Assembly: GCA_036270155.1 (NCBI GenBank)
Contig: DATBDB010000169.1
Coordinates: 4,316-68,315, forward strand
Reading direction: 5' to 3'
Origin: Gaiellaceae bacterium
GTDB taxonomy: Bacteria > Actinomycetota > Thermoleophilia > Gaiellales > Gaiellaceae
DNA: 64,000 bases
The notes below the pieces were generated by a model that saw only the letters and a list, made by a program, of their open reading frames with translations, made no database searches and had not been told where the DNA came from. Within the stretch, counting starts at the first letter, position 1. Each line of letters starts with the position of its first letter. Positions 18,817-28,154 of this stretch are shown here, piece by piece. Made by a program: the position numbers and the translations under genes.

Positions 18817-19509
18817 GTGCGACGCAAGGTCGGTTTCGCGCTACTCGTCTTCGGCCTGAGCGTGCTGGCTTGGGCGGGTGTATCGCTGCGCTGGGGCGAC
18901 CCACTCACCTCGATCTACACAGCACACGAGCAGCGCGTGCTTGCCGGGCAACTCGCGAAGGAGCAGCGCAGCTGGCTTGCGTCACCGGTTCGCGCACGTG
19001 CCCTGGTTGACAAATCGGCCACGGTAAGCGCGGCTCGGATCATCAAGCTTCGCGCGCAGCGGTTCGCGCTGAGGCTCCACGACGGCGCGCCGATCGGGCG
19101 AATCGTCATTCCCAAACTCGGGTTGAACATGATCGTCGTCGAAGGAACATCGGAGAGAGATCTCGCGAAGGGACCCGGTCATTACAACGCCGCATCGGGC
19201 GTAGCCACGGCGCTCCCCGGCACCGGCGGTGTCGTTGCCATTGCTGGGCATCGCACGACGTTCCTGCATCCATTCCGCTACGTCGACCGGCTGCGTTCCG
19301 GCGACAACGTCTATCTCGAGATGCCCTACGGCACGCTGCGCTATCGGATCTACTTCCGGAAGATCGTCGCTGCGACCGACTGGTCGATTCTCGGCGGGCG
19401 TCCGTACGAGAAGCTCGTGTTGAGCGCATGCCACCCGCTGTACTCGGCGACCCATCGCATCGTGATCTTCGCGCGGCTCGCCGGCGCATCGACGAAGAGC
19501 AGCCTGTGA
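18817..19509 (+). CDS. sortase (class E-like transpeptidase)
   Basis: N-terminal TM segment, AIAGHRTT (His), LVLSACHP (catalytic Cys) and THRIVIFARL (Arg). Confidence 0.85.
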   Translation: MRRKVGFALLVFGLSVLAWAGVSLRWGDPLTSIYTAHEQRVLAGQLAKEQRSWLASPVRARALVDKSATVSAARIIKLRAQRFALRLHDGAPIGRIVIPKLGLNMIVVEGTSERDLAKGPGHYNAASGVATALPGTGGVVAIAGHRTTFLHPFRYVDRLRSGDNVYLEMPYGTLRYRIYFRKIVAATDWSILGGRPYEKLVLSACHPLYSATHRIVIFARLAGASTKSSL

Positions 19510-19540
19510 GGCAGCTAGCTTCCCGCGCACACCTGCCCGC

Positions 19541-20227
19541 TTAGCCGGTGTCTCCGGCAGGAACGTTGAGGCTGAGCCCGGCTACGGTCATAGGGACCGC
19601 TGCGGCTGCACGCTGTTCGATCTCCCGCCATGCCTTGTTCCGGATCAGCTCCCGTGGAGCCGGCCAGGAGCCTCCGACTGCCGCGACGTTGCGGAGCTCG
19701 AGGTAGTCCGCGGCGTTGCCCGCGTCGACACCTCCGCTCGGGCAGAAGCGCGCATCGGGGAACAGTTCGCCCAGCGCGCCGAGCATCTTCGCGCCTCCCA
19801 TCTGCGCGGCCGGGAAGAACTTGAACGTCCGCGCTCCGTGCTCTCGCGCGAGCATCGCCTCCGACGGAGTGGCGACGCCGGGCAGAAGCGGTAGTCCGGC
19901 CTGCGTTGCGGCGGCAACGAGCTTCGGGGTGCAGCCGGGGCTGACGGCGAAGTCCACGCCGAGCTTCGAGACGCGGACGACCTCCTCCGGACGGGTCACG
20001 GTTCCCGCTGCGACCGTCATCCGTTCGACACTGCCGACGATTCGCTCGATCGCGTCCCATGCGGCGGGCGTGCGCAGCGTCACTTCGATTGCGCGCAACC
20101 CTCCGGCCGCAAGGGCGTTCGCCAGCGGGAGAGCATCGTCGGCATCGTCGATCACGACCACCACGACGACGGGCGCGTCGCGAATCGTGTCGAGGATCTC
20201 GCCCGTGTCCGGGAACGCGGCCGTCAC
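19541..20227 (-). CDS. eda: 2-dehydro-3-deoxyphosphogluconate (KDPG) aldolase
   Basis: [29 protein letters not shown] and CPSGGV. GTGA overlap with edd. Confidence 0.85.
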   Translation of the reverse strand: MTAAFPDTGEILDTIRDAPVVVVVVIDDADDALPLANALAAGGLRAIEVTLRTPAAWDAIERIVGSVERMTVAAGTVTRPEEVVRVSKLGVDFAVSPGCTPKLVAAATQAGLPLLPGVATPSEAMLAREHGARTFKFFPAAQMGGAKMLGALGELFPDARFCPSGGVDAGNAADYLELRNVAAVGGSWPAPRELIRNKAWREIEQRAAAAVPMTVAGLSLNVPAGDTG

Positions 20228-22083
20228 GTAGTACCGTTGTCCGCGAACGAGCTCGCGCCTTCCTCCGGAGACGAGACGGCGCCGCGCAGCGTTGTGAAGA
20301 GCTCGCGTCCCATGCCATGGACGCCGCGGTCCGGCGGCGCCGCCGGACGACGGCGAGCGAGCTCGCCGTCGGTGCGTTCCACTTCGAGGACCCCGCTGTC
20401 AGCGTCGAGCGTCACCAGGTCTCCGTCGCGAAGCCGAGCCAGCACACTCGATGCGATCGCCTCGGGCGAGACGTGAAGCGCCGTCGGGACCTTGCCGGAT
20501 GCGCCTGACATCCGTCCGTCGGTGACGAGAGCGACCTCGTGGCCGCGGTCCTGCAGCACCCCGAGCGCGGGGCTCAGCTTGTGCAGCTCGGGCATCCCGT
20601 TCGCACGCGGTCCCTGGAAGCGGAGAACGACGACGACGTCCCGGTCGAGCTCGCCTCTCGCGAAGCACTCGAGCACCGCGTCCTGGTCGTCGAAGACCGC
20701 GACCGGCGCGCGTACGCGTCGGTGCTCGCGCTTGACGGCCGAAACCTTGCAGATCGCGCGCCCGAGGTTGCCGCTGACGAGGCGAAGGCCGCCCTCAGCG
20801 TCGAACGGATCGTCGACCGAGCGAAGGACCTCCGGGTCGAGTGAACGTGCGGGCGGCGGGCCCCAGACGAGCGCGCCGTCGTGCAGAAAGGGTTTTCGCG
20901 CGTAGGCGGCGAGCCCGCCTCTGGCAACGGTCCGAGCGTCGGCGTGCATGAGGCCGGCCCGGAGCAGTTGGCCGACAAGGAAGCTCGTCCCGCCTGCGCG
21001 CTCGAACTGATTCACATCCGCTGCGCCGTTCGGGTAGACGCGCGCGAGCAGCGGCACGGTCCGCGAAAGGTCGGCAAAGTCGTCCCAGGTCAGGGTGATG
21101 CCGGCGGCGCGTGCGATTGCGACGAGATGGATCGTGTGGTTTGTCGATCCGCCGGTCGCGAGCATCGCCACGATTCCGTTGACGAGCGCGCGCTCGTCGA
21201 TGATCTCGCCGATCCCGTAGCCGTCGTCCGCGCCAGCGAGCTCCGCGACGCGCTTTCCCGCGGCGGCCGTCAGCGCAGTGCGCAACTCCGTCCCGGGGTT
21301 GACGAACGCCGCGCCCGGCATGTGGAGACCCATCAGCTCCATCAGCATCTGGTTGCTGTTTGCCGTTCCGTAGAACGTGCACGTTCCCGGCGAGTGGTAC
21401 GACTGTGCCTCCGCCTCGAGCAGCTTCTCGCGGCCGACCTTGCCCTCCGCGTGGAGTTGCCGGATGCGGGACTTCTCTCTGTTCGGCAGACCCGAGGGCA
21501 TCGGCCCCGCCGGGACGAGGATGGACGGCAGATGACCGAAGGCGAGCATGCCGATGAGGAGGCCGGGGACGATCTTGTCGCAGACGCCGAGCGCGAGCAC
21601 GCCGTCGAAGAGGTCGTGCGAGAGCGCCACTGCGGTCGACATCGCGATCACGTCGCGGCTGAACAGGCTCAGCTCCATTCCCGTGCGCCCTTGCGTGACG
21701 CCGTCGCACATTGCCGGTACGCCGCCGGCGAACTGGGCCACGGCGCCGCCCTCCGCGGCGGCCGCCTTGAGCAACGCTGGATACTCGCCGAGCGGCTGGT
21801 GCGCGGAGAGGATGTCGTTGTAGGCGGAGACGATCGCGAGGTTCGGCTTCACGTCCGCCAGCAGGTCGTGCTTCTCCGCGACCGCGCACGCTGCGGCGCC
21901 GTGAGCGAGGTTCCCGCAGGAGAGCGTGCGCCGCTGCGGACCTTCCGACTTCGCTTGGCGCACCCGCTCGAGGTAGGCGCCGCGCTCTACGCGGCTCCGC
22001 TCGGCGACGCGCTCCGTCACCTCGAGCACCGTCCCGTCCAGGTGCTGCCCGTTCTTCTCGCGCGCGCCGCTGATCCTGTTCAA
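20224..22083 (-). CDS. edd: phosphogluconate dehydratase (IlvD/Edd family)
   Basis: [17 protein letters not shown] and CDKIVPG. I place the start at TTG 22083 behind a GAAGGAG RBS. ATG 22131 and the ORF-track start 22176 are alternatives. Confidence 0.8.
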   Translation of the reverse strand: MNRISGAREKNGQHLDGTVLEVTERVAERSRVERGAYLERVRQAKSEGPQRRTLSCGNLAHGAAACAVAEKHDLLADVKPNLAIVSAYNDILSAHQPLGEYPALLKAAAAEGGAVAQFAGGVPAMCDGVTQGRTGMELSLFSRDVIAMSTAVALSHDLFDGVLALGVCDKIVPGLLIGMLAFGHLPSILVPAGPMPSGLPNREKSRIRQLHAEGKVGREKLLEAEAQSYHSPGTCTFYGTANSNQMLMELMGLHMPGAAFVNPGTELRTALTAAAGKRVAELAGADDGYGIGEIIDERALVNGIVAMLATGGSTNHTIHLVAIARAAGITLTWDDFADLSRTVPLLARVYPNGAADVNQFERAGGTSFLVGQLLRAGLMHADARTVARGGLAAYARKPFLHDGALVWGPPPARSLDPEVLRSVDDPFDAEGGLRLVSGNLGRAICKVSAVKREHRRVRAPVAVFDDQDAVLECFARGELDRDVVVVLRFQGPRANGMPELHKLSPALGVLQDRGHEVALVTDGRMSGASGKVPTALHVSPEAIASSVLARLRDGDLVTLDADSGVLEVERTDGELARRRPAAPPDRGVHGMGRELFTTLRGAVSSPEEGASSFADNGTT

Positions 22084-22289
22084 CAGTGCGTCACTCCTTC
22101 TGAGTTGGGACTCGCGGCCGCCCCGATGCATCGGCCCACGACGTTCAGACTGCGGTGCCTCGCCGGCGCGAACCACTGGCCCTCGTGACGGAGTGCGCCG
22201 TCCGTGTGGCCCCTGCGGCCGATGGGCCAGGTTGAGTGCCGACTACGGGACAGGTGTGCATGAGGATCCGCTGAAGCAGGCTCTCGGGC

Positions 22290-23825
22290 GTGGCGCAGTC
22301 GAACGCAGGACGAGTGATGCGCGTCGACGAGGTCGACCGTGTCGAGGAGTCGGCGGGCGCGCTGCGCAGCCGGTCAGAGCCGTGCGTGATCGTCGTGTTC
22401 GGCGCCTCCGGCGATCTCGCGAGACGGAAGCTTTTTCCCGCGCTCTACTCGCTGGCCTACCGGCGGCTGCTGCCGCGGGAGTTCGGGTTGGTGGGTGTCG
22501 CGCGGATGCGGCAGTCGACCGCGCAGTTCCACGCGGCGATGAAGGAGGCGGTGCAGGAGTTCGGCCGCGACCCGTTCCGGCAGGACGTCTGGGACGAGCT
22601 CGAGGAGGCTGCCGTCTACATCTCCGCCGACGCAGACGGCAAGTCCGGCGCGGACGAAGTGGGCGATGCCCTGGCGCAGATCGATCGTGAACGCGCGACG
22701 CTCGGCAACCGCCTGTACTACCTCGCCGTGCCGCCCGGCGCCTTCGAGCCGATCGTCGAGCAGATCGGTCGTCGCAGCGCACGCGAGGGTCGCGTGCGGC
22801 TGGTCGTCGAGAAGCCTTTCGGTCGTGACCTCGCGACGGCGCACTCGCTGAACGAGCTCCTTCGCCGCTGGTTTGTCGAGGAGCAGATCTTTCGGATCGA
22901 CCACTACCTCGGCAAGGAGACCGTCCAGAACATGCTGGCGCTGCGGTTCGCGAACGGCATCTTCGAGCCGATCTGGAACCGCCAGTTCGTCGATCACGTG
23001 CAGATCACGGTCGCCGAGTCGATCGGGATCGAGGGACGCGCCGGCTACTACGAGCGTGCGGGCGCGATCCGCGACATCTTCCAGAACCACCTGCTGCAGC
23101 TGCTTGCGCTGATTGCGATGGAGCCGCCCACCGACTTCAGCGCCGACGCGGTTCGAAACGAGAAGGTCAAGGTGCTGAAGGCACTGCAGTCACCTGGCCC
23201 CGCGATGATCGTGCGCGGCCAGTACGGGCCCGACGTCGCAGGCAGCGAGGTCGTGCTGGGCTATCGCGACGAACGCGATGTCGCCGCTGCCTCGTTGACC
23301 GAGACGTTCTTCGCCGCGAAGCTCTTTGTCGACAGCTGGCGCTGGGCAGGCACGCCGTTCTACGTGCGCACGGGCAAACGCCTCGCGCGCCGCGAAACGA
23401 CGATCGCGATCCAGTTCAAATCGGCGCCGCGGCCGCCGTTCGAGGAGATCTCCGCCGACGGCCTCCGTCCGAACGTCCTGCTCATCCGCGTTCAGCCCGA
23501 CGAAGGAGTCTCACTCGAGATCGGCGCGAAAGTGCCGGGATCGGGAATGAACATCGGCACGGTGCAGCTGGACTTCCAGTACGGCGGCTCCTTCGACATC
23601 GATCTCCCAGAGGCCTACGAGCGCCTCGTGCTGGACGCGATGCTCGACGACGCGACGCTGTTCACGCGCGAGGACGAAGTCGAGGAGCAGTGGAAGATCG
23701 TGGACGGGATCGTCGGCGGCTGGCTCCGCGACCGCCCGGCGTTCCCGAACTACACCGCGGGCACCTGGGGCCCGCGAGCTGCCACAGACCTGATTGGCCG
23801 CGACGGCCGCGCCTGGCGGCAGTAG
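22290..23825 (+). CDS. zwf: glucose-6-phosphate 1-dehydrogenase
   Basis: VVFGASGDLARRKLFPAL, RIDHYLGKE and EKPFG. Start is GTG 22290 or ATG 22317. Confidence 0.9.
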   Translation: MAQSNAGRVMRVDEVDRVEESAGALRSRSEPCVIVVFGASGDLARRKLFPALYSLAYRRLLPREFGLVGVARMRQSTAQFHAAMKEAVQEFGRDPFRQDVWDELEEAAVYISADADGKSGADEVGDALAQIDRERATLGNRLYYLAVPPGAFEPIVEQIGRRSAREGRVRLVVEKPFGRDLATAHSLNELLRRWFVEEQIFRIDHYLGKETVQNMLALRFANGIFEPIWNRQFVDHVQITVAESIGIEGRAGYYERAGAIRDIFQNHLLQLLALIAMEPPTDFSADAVRNEKVKVLKALQSPGPAMIVRGQYGPDVAGSEVVLGYRDERDVAAASLTETFFAAKLFVDSWRWAGTPFYVRTGKRLARRETTIAIQFKSAPRPPFEEISADGLRPNVLLIRVQPDEGVSLEIGAKVPGSGMNIGTVQLDFQYGGSFDIDLPEAYERLVLDAMLDDATLFTREDEVEEQWKIVDGIVGGWLRDRPAFPNYTAGTWGPRAATDLIGRDGRAWRQ

Positions 23826-23828
23826 CCG

Positions 23829-24743
23829 ATGTCGAAGAGCCGCATTCCTTCTACGCGCGGCGCCTTCCTCGTGCGGCTCTGCCTCGCGCTCGGCGCTCTC
23901 GCCGGCGCGGTCGTGTTGCTGGGCGGGATCGCCCAGGCCGGTTTCGACGGCCCTGCCGGGTTCAACGCCGGCAGCTTCCCTCTCGCCTCGGGGACGGGGC
24001 ACGAGAGCAAGCTGATACTCCACTCCGCCCCAACGCGAGCCGGCAGCGACCGCGCCACCCGCGCGCGCGTCGTCGCCACCCCGGCGCCGCTTCCGCGCCC
24101 GCCGGCGGCGACCCAGACGGCGGCAAGAGGCGCTACCTATACGGCGGCACGGGGTGCCGCCCGTCCGGCCGTGGCCCTGCCCGCAAGCGGCCGGCCCGCG
24201 CCAACCGCGCCGCCGCCCGCGCCGGCTCCGCCTGCGCCACCGCCACCGCCTCCGCCTCCGCCTCCGCCTCCGCCTCCGCCTCCGCCTCCGCCTCCGCCTC
24301 CGCCACCGCCTTCGCCGCCACCGGGTCCGCCCGCGCCGCCGCCGGCACCTGCACCTGTTCCGGCGACGCCTGCGCCGACCGTCACGCCGCCCACCGAGCC
24401 GAGTGCGCCGCCGGCCGCCCAGCCACAAGGCGGCGACGAGAACCGGCACGGCCATGGCCACGGCCACTGGCACGGCCATGGGCACCACAACGCCGACGCG
24501 CCGAGTCAGCCCGCAGCGGTGCCTGCTCCGACCCTCCAGCCGCAGGGCGGCGACGGGTCCGGGAATGGCGACGAGAGCGACAACGGGAGCGGCAGCTGGA
24601 ACGGGAACGGCGACGAGAGTGACAACGGGAGCGGCAGCTGGAACGGGAACGGCGACGAGAACGGAAACGGCAACTCGCACGACGACGGACAGGGCGACGG
24701 GCACGACAACGGGAGCGGCAATGGCGACGGCGGGAACGACTGA
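23829..24743 (+). CDS. membrane-anchored or secreted low-complexity protein: poly-Pro run, His-Gly cluster, Asp/Asn/Gly repeats
   Basis: ATG 4 nt after the zwf stop. Hydrophobic N-terminus LCLALGALAGAVVLLGGIAQA. 25 consecutive Pro codons at 24237-24311. HGHGHGHWHGHGHH. GNGDESDNGSGSWN occurs twice. Confidence 0.6.
   Translation: MSKSRIPSTRGAFLVRLCLALGALAGAVVLLGGIAQAGFDGPAGFNAGSFPLASGTGHESKLILHSAPTRAGSDRATRARVVATPAPLPRPPAATQTAARGATYTAARGAARPAVALPASGRPAPTAPPPAPAPPAPPPPPPPPPPPPPPPPPPPPPPPPPSPPPGPPAPPPAPAPVPATPAPTVTPPTEPSAPPAAQPQGGDENRHGHGHGHWHGHGHHNADAPSQPAAVPAPTLQPQGGDGSGNGDESDNGSGSWNGNGDESDNGSGSWNGNGDENGNGNSHDDGQGDGHDNGSGNGDGGND
24246..24299 (+). repeat. (CCGCCT)x9 perfect hexanucleotide microsatellite inside the poly-Pro run
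   Basis: Counted directly in the sequence. The repeat stays in frame (2 codons per unit). Confidence 0.95.
24567..24650 (+). repeat. 42-bp tandem duplication (1 mismatch) plus a partial third copy
   Basis: GGCGACGAGAG(C/T)GACAACGGGAGCGGCAGCTGGAACGGGAAC occurs twice. Confidence 0.9.
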
Positions 24744-24793
24744 GTGAGAGACGACGGCGGTCCGGCGCTCTTCCCGCCGCGCGTGGGTCGCCC

Positions 24794-26044
24794 GTGAGCG
24801 GTCTGCGCGGTCGCATCGTCGCTGTCGTGGTGGCGGTTGCGCTCGTCCTGGTTGCGCTCGTGCTGTACGGCGCATTCCGTAGCGCCACCTCCGCGGCGAA
24901 CAGCAAGCTCCGGGCGCAGACGACCTTGCAGCTGGCCGGTGCCCGCGTCGACCTCGGGAGCCAGCTCAGCCAGTCCGACTCGCAGCTGTACTTGTCGGGG
25001 AAGCTCCTGCGGCCGCAGGCGTCGGGGCGGGCGCGTGTGTTCGGGACCCGCCTGAGCGCTTTGAAGCTCGTGCACGCCGGCAACGCGTACCGGCTCGAGC
25101 GGGAACTGGCCGTCGGCAGCAGCGTCGCGCCGCTTGTCCGGCTGCACCAGCAGCTCCCGGTGAGTGCCGCCCTGCTCGACGGGCTCGGCGAGCCCAAGGT
25201 CGACGCGCAAGCGCTGAGTGCGTTGTCGCGCCACGGCGTTGTGATCGCCGGGGACCGGTCGCTGCTCGGGCGCCGCCTTCCGACACGCGGCAGCGTCACG
25301 GTCGCCGGCCGGAGCTATTCGGTTGGGTCCTCGCCGCTCGCCGTCCACGCCTCGCTGCAGGTGCTCGTCCCGGAGGCGAGGATCCACGCACAGCTGGCGT
25401 CGACCCGCTGGAAGTTGCTGGGCGGCGGCGTGCTCGTCCTGCTGGCGCTCGGCGTCTGCCTCTACCTGCTCGGCCGTCCGCTCTGGCGTTCGCTCGGTGA
25501 GGTGATCGAGGCCACAGATGACACCCCGACCGACGAACTGACGGGTCTCATCCCGCGGCGTGCATTCCGCGTTGCGCTCGCGGTCGAGCTCGAGCGCTCA
25601 ACGCGTAACCAGAAGCCCCTCTCGCTCGTGCTCTTCGACGTGGACGACTTCGAGCAAATCGAGGACAGCCTCGGGCGTCCGGCCGGCGACTCGGCGCTGC
25701 GTTCGCTGGCGGGTGTGGTCAGCGGCGCGCTGCGCGCGGACGGGATCGCGGCACGCACCGGTCGCGACGAGTTCGCGCTGCTGTTGCCCGACACCGATCT
25801 CGGCGCCGCCGCCGAGGTGGCCGAGCGCGTGCGCATCGCTCTCGAAGAGGCCGATCTCCGTTACGGCCACGCCGTCTTTCGCAGGACCGCATCCTTCGGC
25901 GCCGCGACGAGCGGCGCGACGACGGTGCCACAGGAGCTGCTGCGCGCAGCCGAGGAGGCGCTCTACCGGGCGAAGGCGGCGGGCAAGAATCGGGTCGAGC
26001 TGGCCGTGCCGGAGCCGTTGAGCGCTCCCGCGTTTGCCGACTGA
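24794..26044 (+). CDS. membrane sensor protein with a GGDEF-family domain carrying a GRDEF variant motif
   Basis: Two TM segments flank an extracytoplasmic region of about 180 aa. DELTGLIPRRAF, LVLFDVDDFEQIED, RTGRDEFALLL and ALYRAKAAGKNRV. Confidence 0.8.
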   Translation: MSGLRGRIVAVVVAVALVLVALVLYGAFRSATSAANSKLRAQTTLQLAGARVDLGSQLSQSDSQLYLSGKLLRPQASGRARVFGTRLSALKLVHAGNAYRLERELAVGSSVAPLVRLHQQLPVSAALLDGLGEPKVDAQALSALSRHGVVIAGDRSLLGRRLPTRGSVTVAGRSYSVGSSPLAVHASLQVLVPEARIHAQLASTRWKLLGGGVLVLLALGVCLYLLGRPLWRSLGEVIEATDDTPTDELTGLIPRRAFRVALAVELERSTRNQKPLSLVLFDVDDFEQIEDSLGRPAGDSALRSLAGVVSGALRADGIAARTGRDEFALLLPDTDLGAAAEVAERVRIALEEADLRYGHAVFRRTASFGAATSGATTVPQELLRAAEEALYRAKAAGKNRVELAVPEPLSAPAFAD

Positions 26045-26213
26045 GCGCGGCTCACGCCCTCCATCCACTTCCCCACCTGCGCGATGCTCGTGGCGATTCG
26101 CAGGCGGACCGAGAGAGCAGGCGGACCGAGATGAGAGCGGGCCGACGAGCAGGGAGCCCGGCGGGAGGGCACGACCGCCTTGTCGGCGGTCGGCCCCCGC
26201 GCGGCTCGACTGG

Positions 26214-26687
26214 TTAGTGGTGCGCCCGAACCTTGTGCTTGGTTCGACGACCGGCGCCCTTCGCGTGCTTCGGGCGTGAGGTCGCATGCGCTTTCTTGGC
26301 CGTCGGTGACTTCGGCGTCACCTTCGTGGCCGCCGGTGCGCTGGGTGTGGCAGTGCCGGTGGCAGTGCCGTTAGCCGGTGCGGCGCTCGGGCACGCTTGA
26401 TTTGCAGCGCTCCCCACTGCGCCGAGCGGGCCGTTCGGGCCGAGCGGGCCATCGGGGCCGAGCGAGCTGGGGTTGATGTTCGAACCGACGCAGCCGCCGC
26501 CCTTCAGCGGGCCTGACGAGCCGAGCGGCCCGTCAGGGCCGAGGACGCCCGACTGCTGCAGGATGCTGACCACGGTGACGGGTGGCGGTGTGGCATCCGC
26601 GATGGTTGCGGCGCTTGCGCCCGCCGGGGCGCCAACCGAGATCGCACCGGCGACCGCCAGAACCGCACTGAGTCTTATCCGGGACAT
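26214..26687 (-). CDS. small secreted protein with two short Gly-X-Y (collagen-like) runs around a Cys knot, and a basic C-terminal tail
   Basis: AAGGAGG RBS, ATG at 26687. Signal peptide MSRIRLSAVLAVAGAISVGAPAGASA. GVLGPDGPLGSSGPL-KGGGCVGSNINPSSL-GPDGPLGPNGPLGAVGSA. Paralogue at 32785..33162. Confidence 0.65.
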   Translation of the reverse strand: MSRIRLSAVLAVAGAISVGAPAGASAATIADATPPPVTVVSILQQSGVLGPDGPLGSSGPLKGGGCVGSNINPSSLGPDGPLGPNGPLGAVGSAANQACPSAAPANGTATGTATPSAPAATKVTPKSPTAKKAHATSRPKHAKGAGRRTKHKVRAHH

Positions 26688-26790
26688 TGCGTCGCACCTC
26701 CTTGTGGTGGGCTGATGTCTTTCAATGCTCGCGGCGTCGCCCGCGCCGGTCGTCGGGCGTGAGAGGGCTCTTCGCGTACCCCCGCGGGCG

Positions 26791-27833
<1,043 letters not shown>

Positions 27834-28154
27834 TCCGGCGTTCAGGAAGAGCGGCGAGGTCAAGGAAGGCCGAGGGGCGAGGGAATCCGGTCGCCGAGCC
27901 GGTCACAAGGGCCATTCACGACCGGAGCCTTGGCGGAAACGGCGGGCGGGCGCGCAGCCGACCTTGCGCTCCGCTCCTTAGAGTCGGCTCGGCCGCTCCG
28001 CGAAGAATCGAGTTGGTCGTAGGCCCAGAACATCACTACGGATGATCGCGACCTCGATCCTCGATGGCCTCACGGCGGGTGTCCATCTCGTCTCCCCGCC
28101 TCCCGCAAACCTCGTCTACCCGCTGGCGGGAACGGCGTGCGTTCGCTGACGCGG

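Noticed and set aside
22084-22176. ORF-track start of edd at 22176
   Set aside because: The added N-terminal residues are not part of the conserved Edd N-terminus (compare [19 protein letters not shown]). A GAAGGAG RBS precedes the TTG at 22083.
23511-25387. Several long minus-strand and alternative-frame ORFs rich in Arg, Gly or Pro (for example 23511..24875, 24137..24490, 24382..25299)
   Set aside because: They are driven by the CCG/CCT and GGC/GAC repeats of the plus-strand genes. They overlap each other and the GGDEF gene, which has clear domain motifs.
26100-26131. Direct repeat GCAGGCGGACCGAGA x2 between convergent genes
   Set aside because: It is short, occurs once, and sits next to a small hairpin. 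It is most simply a 3'-UTR or terminator region, and nothing else supports a function.
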